Assembly (NCBI GenBank): GCA_951406725.2
Contig: OX597826.1
Location: 32,240,001 to 32,304,000 of the forward strand
DNA: 64,000 bases
Direction of reading: 5' to 3'
Source of the DNA: Octopus vulgaris
Lineage: Eukaryota
The notes under the pieces are model-generated. The model saw only the letters and a list, made by a program, of their open reading frames with translations, had not been told where the DNA came from and did no database searches. A program made the position numbers and the translations under genes. Shown piece after piece: positions 1 through 12,322 of this stretch; positions within the stretch are counted from its first letter, which is position 1, and each line of letters starts with the position of its first letter.

Positions 1-240
1 AATTAAAAGAAAAACATTAAAACTAAAATATTCACTTTAGAAAGTTACTTTAAGAATTTAAAAAATGAAAAACTCGTTATATAAAATTATAATAAAACTT
101 AATAAATATTTAATTTACTTCTCACTTAAAGTCACAGATGAGAGTGTGTCATTTAAAAGTAACGTATCTTGTGTTGACAATATGAATTGTATAATTCATG
201 GCTGGCTTTTGTATACTCTTGAAGTTTTTCTGCTAATATA

Positions 241-745
241 GGCGCAGGTGTGGCTGTGTGGTAAAGAGCTTGCTTTCCAACCACATGGTTCTGAGTTGAA
301 ACTCACGGTTTGACACCTTGGGCAAGTGTCTTCTGCTACAACCTCTGTCTGACCAATGTGTCTTGTGAGTGGATTTGATATACAGAGATGGAAAAAAAAA
401 AACCTGTCGTATATATATATATATATATACATATATATACATATATATATATATACATATATATACTTACATATATATACATATATATATATATGTATAT
501 ATTTATGTGTCATTGTGTCTACGTTTGTCCTCACAACCATCACTTGACAACCAATGTTGGTGTTTTTATGTCCCTGTAACTTTGTGGTTTGGCAAAAGAG
601 ACCACTTGAATAAGTAGGAGTCTTAAAAAGAAAAAAACAGTACTGAGGTTGATTCATTTAACTAAAAATTCTTGAAGGTGGTGCCCCAGCATGGCCACAG
701 TTTAATGACTGAAACAAATTAATAGAGAAAGATAAAAGATAAAAA
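241..745 (+). mobile_element. SINE group A, full copy: tRNA-like head, internal (TA)n, tail T1
   Basis: Head ggcgcaggtgtggctgtgtggtaa (A-box-like) and ccttgggcaagtgtctt, then a (TA)n tract and a tail ending ccagcatggccacagtttaatgactgaaac. Same layout at 33202-33650 and, reversed, at 13596-14013, 39727-40122 and 42148-42525. Confidence 0.8.
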
Positions 746-929
746 TATAAAGAGCAGACTAGCCATACATCTCTTCAGCAAAATACCGGTTCCTGCCTCT
801 CAGCATCTAGCATCAATCTACACTTCTCAAATGGGTGTTTTTGTTCTAGAAGTTACATAGCAACCCCACCAATGCTGGTGCACCAGTTGGGTCACCATGA
901 ATATTAAAATATGGACAATAGTCTCTATA

Positions 930-1105
930 AAGTAGTCAATGTTAGGAAAAGTATCCAAAGCTATCAAACCAAAGCAGACATTGGAGCATGATGCAGTCCG
1001 CCAGCTAGTTGGATCCTTTTGAACCTTCTAACTCATGCCAGCATAGAAGATGGACGTTGATGACATGAATAGCAATGATGATGATGATGATGATAATGAT
1101 GATGA
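930..1105 (+). mobile_element. RTE-type LINE 3' tail remnant with (GAT)n
   Basis: gttaggaaaagtatcc...catgccagcatagaagatggacgtt followed by (gat)n matches the tail of the RTE copy at 59125-59648. Confidence 0.6.
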
Positions 1106-1852
1106 ACAAGAGCCTGTGTGGGGGAAAATTACAGCTGAATACTGTATATATACCCGTAAGACTCTGATTTTAATCTTGATTTTGGTGAAAGAAAAGTGAG
1201 CAGTATTCACAGAGATTTAAAGCAATCCAAATGTCTTTTTTTTCTTTCACGTAAACAGAATTTATAAAGTAAAAATTCAATATTAACCTCGGATTCTACA
1301 CATTATTATCAAAAGAACGCTGTTTTTGTGTAAACAATATCACGCTACATTTTTTTCTTCTTTCCTTTGTAATTTTTCTTGCAATGACTGTATTGATGTT
1401 AAATTATGACATATAAAAAAAAATTTTGGTTAATGAAATGGAATCAACAAAGTAGTTTTTAAGTTCGTCAATATAACAAAAAGAGCATAAAATTTCATGA
1501 GAATATTGCTTTGATATTTCAACAATTTTAAGCATCATCATCAAAGTAAATACCTCGATTTTGAATTTAAAAATAATTAACTTCTTTGATAAGGACACAT
1601 TTCAAAGTTGAAAACGAAATTGACTATGATTTCTAATTAACGTGTTTGGTTGACTAGTCATGGGTTCAAGTGTCCCAGTGTTATATTATAATTATATTTG
1701 GATAATTACTATGCCACAATTATCTAAATAGGTTGAAGAGATTCAAAGCACTGTACTTGGCTTTACTGGGTTCTCTCCTGACTTTCTCTGCTCCACTTCT
1801 GTCCTTTCCCTAAACTAAATACAAATAGAATCCTATTATACTGCAATGAGGA

Positions 1853-2050
1853 AATTGGTGAGCAGACAGAATCATTCCTGCATAGAACAAATTACCTTGC
1901 AGGATTTTTTCTGGCTCTTTACATTCTGAGTTCAAATTCTGCCAAATTTCACTTTGTCTGTCATCCTTTTCGGGTTGATAAAATAAGTTCCTCTTAAGTC
2001 TCCCCAAAGTTTTGGCTACCTGCTGAAAGTTAGGAAGACTTATTTGTGGC
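1853..2050 (+). mobile_element. SINE group C, degenerate
   Basis: gagcagacagaatcatt...ttctgagttcaaattctgcc...tcatccttttcgggttgataaaataagt matches the other group C copies. Confidence 0.65.
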
Positions 2051-2062
2051 ACTCCATTGGTT

Positions 2063-2405
2063 ATGATGATGAGGGTTCCAGTTGATCTGATAAACTGAAC
2101 AGTCTGCTCGTGAAATTAATGTGCAAGTGGTTGAGCATTCCACAGACATGTGTACCCTTAACATAGTTCTTGGAGAGATTCAGCGTGATACAGAGTGTGA
2201 TAAGGCTGGCCCTTTGAAATAGAGTTACAACAGAAACAGGAAGAGTGAGTGAAAGTTGTGGTGAAAGAGTACAGCAGGGTTCACCACCACCCTCTGCCAG
2301 GTGTTTTCGCTCAATAAACACTCACAATGCCAGGTCTGGGAATCAAAACTGCAATCCTGTGACTGCAAGTCTACTACCCTAACCACTGGGCCATTGCACT
2401 TCCAG
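2063..2405 (-). mobile_element. SINE group B, body type 1
   Basis: Reverse complement matches 41062-41362 and 29841-30120 (cagtggttaggg head; ttcaaagggccagcctt...ctgaatctc body). Confidence 0.7.
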
Positions 2406-2450
2406 AAGACTTATATTGCTATAAGGAAAGGGGATTGGCAGAATTATTAA

Positions 2451-3063
2451 CCTTTTAGCATTTCAACTGGCCATATCCCACCAAAATATTCAATCTGTTT
2501 TATGTTCAAGCTTGCCAGATCAGGCTTCTCACACCTATTTTACAATGTCATTCCAAAATTAAAAACAATCAGATCATCAAAATCTTGAAGGTATGAAAAT
2601 ATCATCATCATCATCATTTAACACCTGCTTTCATTGCTGGCATGGGTTGGATGATTTGACTGAAAACTGGTAAGTCACGGAGCTGCACCAGTTCCAATTT
2701 GATTTGGCAAGGTTTCTATGTCTGGATGCCCTTCCTAATGCCAGCCACTCCAAGAGTGTAGCAGGTGCTTTTTACGTGCCACCGGCACAGATGCCCTTCA
2801 CCTGACACTGGCATTAGCCACGACTATAGTGTCACTTGGCTTAACAGGTCTACACAAGAACGGTATAGCGCCAAAGGTTTTGGTCACCAGTTACTGCCTC
2901 CATGTGGCCCAATGCTTGAATGGTGCTTTTTACGTGCCATCAGACTGGGTGCCAGTCAGATGGCACTGGCATCAACCATGACTACAATTTCATACGGTTT
3001 GAAATCAAAATATAATCCATAAATAATCATTATATTTGATAGAGTAATCTCAGAGCTGCAGGG
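2451..3063. mobile_element. piggyBac-type MITE (TTAA) interrupted by an RTE tail
   Basis: ttaa|ccttttagcattt...ctgcaggg|ttaa. The flanks align with the uninterrupted copy at 61575-61794. Confidence 0.7.
2600..2990 (-). mobile_element. RTE LINE 3' UTR/tail nested in the MITE
   Basis: (cat)n-ttaacacctgctttcattgctggcatgggttgg...ctggatgcccttcctaatgccagccactc, matching 59125-59340. Confidence 0.75.
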
Positions 3064-3740
3064 TTAAAGTAACCTGCAAAATGTGATGTGGTATTACTGC
3101 TTCTGTTCCTTTTACATGTGCTGATATAAATTCCTATCCAAATCAGCTTTGTCTTTCATGATTTGGTTTCCCTTCATTTTACGTAGTTTCTTCTACTTAG
3201 CTTTCCAATGCTCTTGACATTAAATAAGTCCACAAACTTAACACTGACTAGATAAACCATTATACTTCTTGGGCAGTATATATAATATACAAAGGACAGA
3301 TGCTTAAAGATAATGGCATAGTAAATGAATATATATACATGAAAATATCTGTCAACTGTAAATGTAACAGGCTGGATATTGTTCTTTAGAACAGACAAGA
3401 AAAAGTATGTATCACAGAGGTCAGCTGTCCCACTGATGTGAATACCTGTTTGAAAATCAAAGGGAAAGAAGATAACTATGAACAACTGCTTTGAAACGTC
3501 CAGCTTCTAAATGCAGGTTATAAATTCACGTTTATATCAGTAATAATTGGTGCACTAGATTTTGTGAGTAAAAGCCAAATTGACTGACAATCTGAATGAG
3601 CTAGGGTTTCCAGAAAAACAAATCAACCAGCTAATTTGTACATTATAAATACAATCTATAAGGGGAACAATAAAAATATGCAAGACTTTTTTAAAGTTTA
3701 TAATGTGATATTGTGGGAACATTGATTTCATTCCAAGAGT

Positions 3741-3956
3741 TATATATATATATATGTATGTATCTATGTGTGTGTATGTATGTGTGTGTGTGTGTCTGAG
3801 TGTGTGTGTGAGAGAGAGAGAGAGAGTATGTGTGTGTATATGTTTGTGTACATGTGCACATATATATATGCATACATACATATATATGTGTGTATATATA
3901 TGTATATATATATATGAATACATATGTAAATATGTATCCATATATGTCTATATATA

Positions 3957-4014
<58 letters not shown>

Positions 4015-4070
4015 AGAATCAGGCAAAACGAATATATAAATGTATATATATATGTATATATATAATACAT
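3741..4070. repeat. Compound (TA)n/(TG)n/(GA)n microsatellite, representative of dozens of similar tracts
   Basis: Read directly. Similar tracts at 4600-4890, 7140-7590, 15580-16040, 16590-17130, 27005-27290, 28865-29375, 34420-34885, 40735-41060, 43720-44170, 45110-45660, 47945-48355, 49370-49580, 50010-50430, 51125-51250 and 63340-63620. Confidence 0.95.
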
Positions 4071-4276
4071 ATGCATCAGTGTGTGGGTGGGTGTACTGTT
4101 GTGTGTATAGTTATGTGCGTCAACTTACGTATTGTATGGAAGCTTTGTATGTACAATACAGAAGAATTGTCGATCTTGTTTTGAGTGAATTTGGATTATA
4201 CAGCAAGATAATGTAAAGAATTGAAAAAAAGAAATAAATTATAGAAGAAAGAATACTGTATTGTTGTTTCCAACTT

Positions 4277-4330
<54 letters not shown>

Positions 4331-4712
4331 CATAGTAAGTATATTAATGATAATAATGGTGTGTTATGTGCATAAACGTGTTTACCTAAATATGTGTTTG
4401 TGTATAAAATATTTGAATTGAGAAAAAAAAAAGACAAAAAAACAAAACAAATAAATAAATAGATTAAATAAATTGGAAAAAAAATGCGATTGACACCTTG
4501 AAGATATTGTGAGAGTAAATGGTTACTTCAACTCAGGTACAGTTCATCAGGTACAGAAATATAGCACCATAAGAAACAATGTCAAATGAACAAATGATAT
4601 ATATATGTATAAATAATATATATATATATGTATGTATGTATGTATGTATATAAAGAAAATGCTTTGCATATGTGGGTGTATGTTTGTCTATGTATACGTT
4701 CATATATATATG

Positions 4713-4777
<65 letters not shown>

Positions 4778-4783
4778 GAGTAA

Positions 4784-4826
<43 letters not shown>

Positions 4827-5214
4827 TGTTCTGTGTGTGTATGAATATATATATATGTATATACACATGTTTTTACACACATACATGCACACAGACAAGT
4901 TTGATAAGCTTTAATAAATATAGAGCCAGTAATTCAATGACTTTCTCTCTACATCTACCATCAATGGATCAACGTAATTTTTAGTTATCAGATCTGTGAG
5001 GGGAAATATTCCGGTAAATTCTTTGATCACAGATGTACGGAGTGACGTCAGTTTAATAAAGAGAAAGAAAATAAGTATATACAAAACTCTGAGAAAACTT
5101 AGAGCTGTAGTTTGTATGGCAGCAATGATACAAGCAATATATAACAGATGTAATTTTAATAAAATGTTCGTTGGTTGCTTTATATCTTTAACTACTACAA
5201 TAATCTACAACACA

Positions 5215-5372
5215 TGTGGCTGTGTGGTAAGAGGTATGCTTCCAAACCAAATGGTTCCAGGTTCAGTCCCACTGTATGGCACCATGGGCAAGTGTCTTCT
5301 ACTATGTCCTTGGGCTGACCAGAGCTTTGTGAGTGGATTTGGTAAATGAAAACAGAAAGAAGCCTGTCATAT
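5215..5372 (+). mobile_element. SINE group A head
   Basis: gtggctgtgtggtaag...ggttcagtcccactg (A/B-box-like)...gtggatttggta...gaagcctgtc, followed by microsatellite. Confidence 0.75.
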
Positions 5373-5448
5373 ATATGTGTGTGCATGTGTGTGTGTGTAT
5401 ATATATGTTATATATATATATATATGTGTGTGTGTCTGTATGTGTGTA

Positions 5449-5507
<59 letters not shown>

Positions 5508-5559
5508 GTATATATATATATATATGAGACGATGTATGAGAGTTTGATAATTTCTTGCT

Positions 5560-5810
5560 GAACAACCACACAAATGATTTGTTTATAGTGATCAAATGTT
5601 TGTATAGACATAAACTAATTTCCTCCATCAGATCGACATTACCTGTACAGGTGCAACGGGTGCCACATGTCAGATGTCGAAATGATCGTAGAGCAATGTG
5701 AAATGAAGTGCTTTGCTCAAGAACACAACACAACGTACGGTCTGGGAATTGAACCCATGTTCTCACAATCGTGAGTGCAACACCTTAACTACTAAGCCAT
5801 GTGCCTTCAT
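5560..5810 (-). mobile_element. SINE group B, body type 4
   Basis: Reverse complement reads gaaggcacatggcttagtagttaagg...ggttcaattcccagacc...tgtgttcttgagcaaagcacttcatttcac, then a body seen only here. Confidence 0.7.
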
Positions 5811-5908
5811 ATGCACACACACACACACACATACACACACATATAAATATATAGATATGGATATACAGCTATGTTGATGCAAACAGGAAAAATAGAACTC
5901 AAAATATG

Positions 5909-6775
5909 ACTGCAGGAGTGGCTGTGTGGTAAGTTGCTTGCTTACCAACCACATTATTCTGGGTTCAGTCCCATGCATGGCACCTTGGGCAAGTGTCTTC
6001 TATTCTAGCCTTGAGCCAACCAAAGCTTGAGAGTGGATTTGGTAGAAGGAAACTGAAAGCCTGTCGTATATATATATATATATTAATATATATATAATAT
6101 AAGGGATATTAGCCAACGGAATATGGCTAGAGACAGGGCAGGGTGGTGGGAGTGTCACTGTTGCATTTAGCCCCAGGCGAACATCAACGTCACCAGATAG
6201 GCCGACGCCATCACGGCGTCCTCTATCTTGCAAAGGGAGATCATTCACCAAGAAGCGGATACCACACACGGACCTAGGTTTCAAGGTGTATTGCCTATTA
6301 TCAACGTGTGGTAGGCATCGCCTCTCGATGAACGACCAACCGTGCAAGATATATATAAGGATTTTCAAGTAAATACATTTACTGATTTCGAAAATCTGTT
6401 CGACAGCAATAATAATTCTCTAAATGAGATATAGACAGTGACTGCTCCATAATATAAGGGATATTAGCCAACTGAATATGGCTAGGGACAGGGCAGGGTG
6501 GTGGGGGTGTCACTGTTGCATTTAGCCCCAGGCGAACATATATGTGTGTGTGTGTGTGTGTGCAAAAATTTGTGTATCTGTGTTTGTTCCCACCATTGCT
6601 TGACAACTGATGCTGGTGTGTTTACATCCCCCGTAACTTAGCAGTTCAGCAAAAGAGGCTGATGGAATAAGTACTAGGCTTACAAAGAATAAGCCCTGGG
6701 GTTTATTTGTTCAACTAAAGGCAGTGCTCCAACATGGCTACAGTCAAATGACTGAAAGAAAAAAAAGAATAAAAG
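5909..6775 (+). mobile_element. SINE group A, full copy split by a 446-bp insert in its microsatellite
   Basis: Head 5909-6068 and T1 tail 6570-6775 both match 33202-33650. Confidence 0.8.
6094..6539. repeat. Unclassified GC-rich insert bounded by 91-bp direct repeats (6094-6184 and 6449-6539)
   Basis: The two copies ataatataagggatattagcc...ccccaggcgaacat differ at 3 positions; period 355 bp. Confidence 0.85.
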
Positions 6776-7282
6776 GATATATATATATATTTATTAATAT
6801 TTAATAGAACAGAGTGAATCAAGGTCCAGCCTGTGTGTTTGTAGATACATATATATAGATATATAAATAAATGCTATCGAAACAGCTGTCGTCAATTTTA
6901 AATTCTACCTGTCTTTACTTTTCTATACCTACTCCACACTAAGGACCTACTAGTGAGTTGGATCTATGGTTATGGATTGGATTTGGTACTTGCATATCTA
7001 CAGTATTCTGCCAACACTTGAAGTCTTTAATATTTTCTTTATTTCGGTGTGAGCTCCTTGCGATTGTACCCAGCCATTTCTAGCATCCTGCAGATTGATG
7101 AACATTGATTCTTAAGAATCCGCATAACTAAATGATATATAGGTATTTATATATATGTATGTATGTGCATATAAATATGTATATATCTGTGTGTGTTTGT
7201 GTGTGTGTGTATACAAGACACACACACACACACACGGATGCACACACATACACACATATATATATGTATATATATATATAAT

Positions 7283-7335
<53 letters not shown>

Positions 7336-7514
7336 GCATTAGTATATATATGTATGTATGTAGTATGTATATGTATGTATATATATATATGTATATATAT
7401 GTACATATACACACACATATATATATACATACATACATACATACATACATACATGCATGCATATATGTATATATATATATATACATATATACATATATAC
7501 ATATGTACATATGC

Positions 7515-7549
<35 letters not shown>

Positions 7550-7994
7550 CATATCTCCATATATTTAGACACACACACACACACACACATAGATGCATAT
7601 TAAATGTCAATTCACTTTTCAAAATTTTCACTTCCTCTTTACTAAGTGACTGAACTAGTTTTATACTTTCATATGTAATATAATATAGTTAAGTAATTTA
7701 GTACACAACGGTATATGGAATTTAAAAAAAAAAAATTTTTATTCCATTCTATTTTATTAAAACAGTGAAAGATGTCAAAGTAGAATCGCAACAGGAATTT
7801 ATCATCGAAAGTATTTCAAGAACACTTTTGTTTTTTTCTTCCTCTTTCACAATTGCAATCAGTGGAACTGCTGTCTTCACCAACTCCATTGTCACAATCA
7901 TCATCAGCAGCAGCAACAATGATGGCAACATTTACACCAACCATAACACGGTTCCACTAGTGCATTTCTCTCATTGTAAATGCCTCAACAACAA

Positions 7995-8460
7995 CTACCA
8001 TCACCACCACCACCACTGTCATATTCATCATCGTCGTTGTTATCGTCATCATCATCATCATCATCATCGTTGTCATCATCATCATCACCATCACCACCAC
8101 CACCACCATCATCATCATTGTCATCATCATTGTCACCATCATCGTCATCATCATCATCATCATCATCATTATCTCCATTATCATCACCATCATCACCACC
8201 ATCATTACTACCATCATTACCACCATCACCATCACCATCATTATCGTCGTTGTTGTCATCATCATCATCATCATCATCGTCATCATCACCACCACTACTA
8301 CCACCGCCACTGCCACCACCACCACCATCACCACCACCATCGCCACCACCATCATTATCATCATCAACATTTAACACCACCTTTCCATGCTGGCATGGGT
8401 TGGATTGTATGATAGAAACTGGCAAGTCCAGAGACTGCACCATGTACCACTGTTTGCTTT
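7995..8460 (-). repeat. Long (CAT/CAC)n tract joined to an RTE 3' end
   Basis: Trinucleotide tract 7995-8368 runs directly into ttaacaccacctttccatgctggcatgggttgg. Confidence 0.8.
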
Positions 8461-9728
8461 CTTTGCTATCTATTTACATACATGTCTATCCTGGTGCTGA
8501 ACCCCAAAACTACATATTTGAGAAGCAAGCTTGTTAACCACACAGCCATAATCTGTACCGTTCTTACATATAATACCAAAATCCTAATTAGTTTTGATTA
8601 TTTATTTTTAGTTTTGGTAGAATTTGATCACTAGCGTATAAATCAACTCAAATAGTGATTTTTCAGCAGATGTATTCTTTCTCCTTATCTGAACAATCCC
8701 ACCTTTAAAGAAAGCAACCGTTCCATGCAATCTCATTTCCCTGAGTCCTTGTTCCACTGCCAGAAATCAATATTGCTTAGAGTGAACATTATGTGAATAA
8801 TTCTATAAATAGATGAAGTTTCAGTCTGTAGGTCACTAGAAGCAATAACTCAAACTAGCACCATACAGGTTTCATATAACATTTCCTATATACATATGGA
8901 ATTATATAACTTTTACCATTTCGCTATTCTTCTTTGGAATATGGCTTTCATGATATTATTGCTGAATAAATGGTTTTCAGCAAGATCTTGATTTAAATGG
9001 CATAGATAATTAAGAAATAAATTGTTTTATTTTATTAATATATTAGATAGATTCATGGTTATATGGTTTCAAAGTTTGCTTTCAAGCATCATGGTTTAAA
9101 GGTTTGGTCACACTCTATGAAACATTGGGCATGTGCCGTCATTTGTAGCTCCAGGCTTGCAAAAAAAAAAGCCCAAAAAAAAAAAAACAAAAAAAAAGCA
9201 ACTTTGTAAGTGGATTTGGTAGACAACAGTTGAAAGAAGCCTGTATATACAAGAAGTTTCTATCTACCAAATCTGCTCACAAGGTTTGGACAGCCTAGAA
9301 TTTTTGCAGAAGACATTTGCCAAAGGTGCTATTGCTATTTAGCATCCACTATACATACTAGCATTGGTTGGATATGTTATCAGGGTCTGGATTAACCCTT
9401 ATTTGATGCTTGTACCCTGAAAGTAAATACATCATCAATCAATTTGTGTGTGTGTGTATGTGTTTGTGTGTGTGTGTGTGTGTGTATGCACACACACATG
9501 CAGATGTATGTATATGTGTGTTTATGAAAAAGCGTGCATGTTTATATCTCCTTTACCTGCCTTTGTGTGGTGAATGTAAGCAGGTGTCGCTGTCATACAA
9601 GCAGTGTCGTTCATTTCCCATCTTCCATGGAAACACACCTGGCCATGGGAGATATTACCTTGTTTGGAAAACAAGTAAGTGCTGGCAACAGGATGGGCCT
9701 GATTGTAATTGCACAAAGCTTACCTTAA

Positions 9729-9949
9729 CCCTTTCGTTACTAACCCGGCCAAAACTGGCTCTGGCTCTGTAGTACAAATGTCTTGTTTTCATAAGTTTTG
9801 CATCAAAATATACCACCAAACCTTACTCGCAATTTATATTCCTAACACTAGCTTAATGATAGCTAAGTTATTTTACTAAATTCTTTGTTATATTTAAAAT
9901 AATTGAAAGAAACACAGAGCATCTCAAAATAAATACGGTAACAAAAGGG
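9729..9949. mobile_element. piggyBac-type MITE, second family
   Basis: TTAA on both sides (9725-9728, 9950-9953); 12-bp TIRs ccctttcgttac / gtaacaaaaggg with 1 mismatch. Confidence 0.8.
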
Positions 9950-10149
9950 TTAATGAATTCCATCTGATTGTGAAGTTCTTAAGCACTCAACCATGTGTGT
10001 ATCTTTACCACTTAATTCATCAAAGAATCAGTACTGGAATTTGTATAATATTTCAAAGAAAAGAAACAATCTTAGATCTTAATAAATTAAGTGCAGCACA
10101 ATAAGGATGTCTGCTGTAAATCATATTGCTATGTATGAATTTCAGTTTT

Positions 10150-10570
10150 CCTCATTCATTTTACATCTGTCTTTCTATGCTAGAATGGGTTAGGTGTATA
10201 TGTATTATCAAGGTATTCTTTTACAACTGGATGCTCTTGCTGTTGTTAACCTTTGCTTGCTTCACAAGTAAAGGAATTTTTATTCCATTTTCCTTTAAAA
10301 GCACAAAGCAATTGGACGGTTTGTTGACAGGAAATTTTCAACAAATTACACTGCATTTCTGTCCTTTTTTCATGTAAAATACAGAAAGCAAACATTTACA
10401 CACACAAATGATGAGCTTCCATACAGTTTCCATCTACCTAGCTCACTGACAAGGTGTTGTCTACCTCAAGGTTATAGTAAAATGAGCATTTTCCTAAGGG
10501 TGCTGCTCAGTGGAACTGAACCTGAAGCCACATGGTTGACAAAAGTCTTCTTAACCACACAGCCAAGCTT
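10150..10570 (-). mobile_element. SINE group A head with alternative RTE-like tail (T2), degenerate
   Basis: Head at 10410-10570; RTE-like end (ctggatgctctt; tctatgctagaatgggtt) at 10150-10250. Confidence 0.55.
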
Positions 10571-11029
10571 CTCCATATTTCTTCTCATCACATTTTAAAA
10601 TGTGATAAAATTATATTTTACAACTGATAAAATTCAATAACTGTTCACACCCAATCAAAAGTTCCTAATTACTGCAATCAAAATATCAAACTTTAGATTT
10701 TTATCAGAATCTTTCACAACTTCAAGTTATGTATTAATAGAATTTACCAATTCCACTCTCTCATCTTCTATCAAATGCACAAAAACAATATCATCACCAT
10801 TAACTACTAAATTCAATAATTTCTCTACTTAATTTTCTATCTAAATTTTCACGAGATGTTAATCAATGACTTGTCATCACCTAGACACACCCTTATGTCT
10901 TTCATCTCTCCAACATTGTAAGTCAATGATTAGGTTATATATATCTTGTAATATTTCAAAGACTTTGGCAGATGGAAATAGCAGAACAGAGAGAATCTTT
11001 TTCCATTATACAGGGTTCTAAAAGGAGCC

Positions 11030-11250
11030 AAACTGGCAGAATCATTAGTCTATCAGACAAAAAGCTTAGTGGCATTTTTCCCTATTCCTTACATTCTAAA
11101 TTCATGCAATGCTGAGGTCAACTCTGCCATTTATCATTTCAAGATTGGTAAAATAAGTACCAGTCAAGTACTGGGGTCAATGATATCAACTAAACCCCAT
11201 TTTTAAAACTGCTGGCCTTGTGCCAAAAATTGAAACTTTTTGAAACCATT
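11030..11250 (+). mobile_element. SINE group C
   Basis: ctggcagaatcattag...taaaataagtaccagtcaagtactggggtcaatg...gctggccttgtgccaaaaattgaaac. Confidence 0.7.
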
Positions 11251-11254
11251 ATTA

Positions 11255-11733
11255 AAATCAAAAGTCAAAAATTAAAATCACAATCAAAAATGGAAATTGT
11301 AGTTGTGGCCGATGCCAGTGCCACATGACTGGCTCCTGTACTAGTGGCATGCAATAAGCATCATTCATGTGTGGGTCATTGCCAGTGCTGCATGACTGGC
11401 TCCTCATGCCTGTGGCATGTAAAAAGAACCATCCGAGTGTGGTCAATGCTAGTGCCCCTGCCCTGACTCGCTCCTGTGCCAGTAGCACGAAAAATGCATT
11501 ATCCAAACATGGCTAATGCCAGTGCCACTTGACTGGCTCCCATGCCGGTGACATGTAAAAAGCACCCACTACACTCTTGGAGTGGTTGGTGTTAGGAAGG
11601 GCATCCAGCAGTAGAAACATTGCCAGATCAGATTGGAGTCTGGTGCAGCCTCCTGGCTAGCCAGTCCCCAGTCAAACTGTCCAGCCCATGCCCACATGGA
11701 AAACGGACGTTAAACGATGATGATGATGATGAT
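11255..11733 (+). mobile_element. RTE LINE 3' UTR with four ~67-70 bp tandem units and (GAT)n tail
   Basis: Units start at 11314, 11381, 11448 and 11518; end reads gttaggaagggcatccagc...catggaaaacggacgttaaacgatgatgatg. Confidence 0.8.
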
Positions 11734-12273
11734 TCGTACACAGTTCCATTACATTTCTGATGTTTCATAAAAAAATTAAAATCATTCCAAGTAATTAACG
11801 TATATCTTATTTTCTAAGTCCCAGAAAGATTTGTGACAAAGTTTACCTGAGTGGAACTTGAACTAAAGGCTAGTAGATTACAAAATACTAAAGAAATTTA
11901 CTCCCACACTTTAACAATATTGCCAATCCACTGCTTATATGGGACAAAACTTAAGATTTTCAGATCAGTAATGCATTTAGAAAGTGGAGGAAATTACTTT
12001 TCCTTTCAGCAAAGCCAATAAAATACCTATCAATGATGTTCTTTAAGGAATGGAACCAATTCTCTTTGTAATCTTTTTACATCGCTACTGGTGAACAATG
12101 TTGCCATTTCCAGGTTTCCAATAAGCCAATCACAGCATTTATGAATGGAAGAGGGATCAGTATTCATAACTTGATGCAAAACAAACATCTCAAGGGACCT
12201 TATAAATAACACTTATTTTGGCCATCTCATTTACAATTATACACTTTGCTGATATACTTCAGTGAAAGGCATA

Positions 12274-12322
<49 letters not shown>

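Noticed and set aside
7765-8537. His-rich, Asp/Gly-rich and Ser/Pro-rich ORFs (also 24136-24710, 42862-43192, 53465-54437)
   Set aside because: Open in most frames because they are (CAT)n-type tracts, mostly attached to retroposon tails.
11314-11570. Regularly spaced repeats with CRISPR-like periodicity
   Set aside because: Whole units are homologous with no unique spacers, they lie in a LINE 3' UTR, the context is eukaryotic and there are no cas genes.
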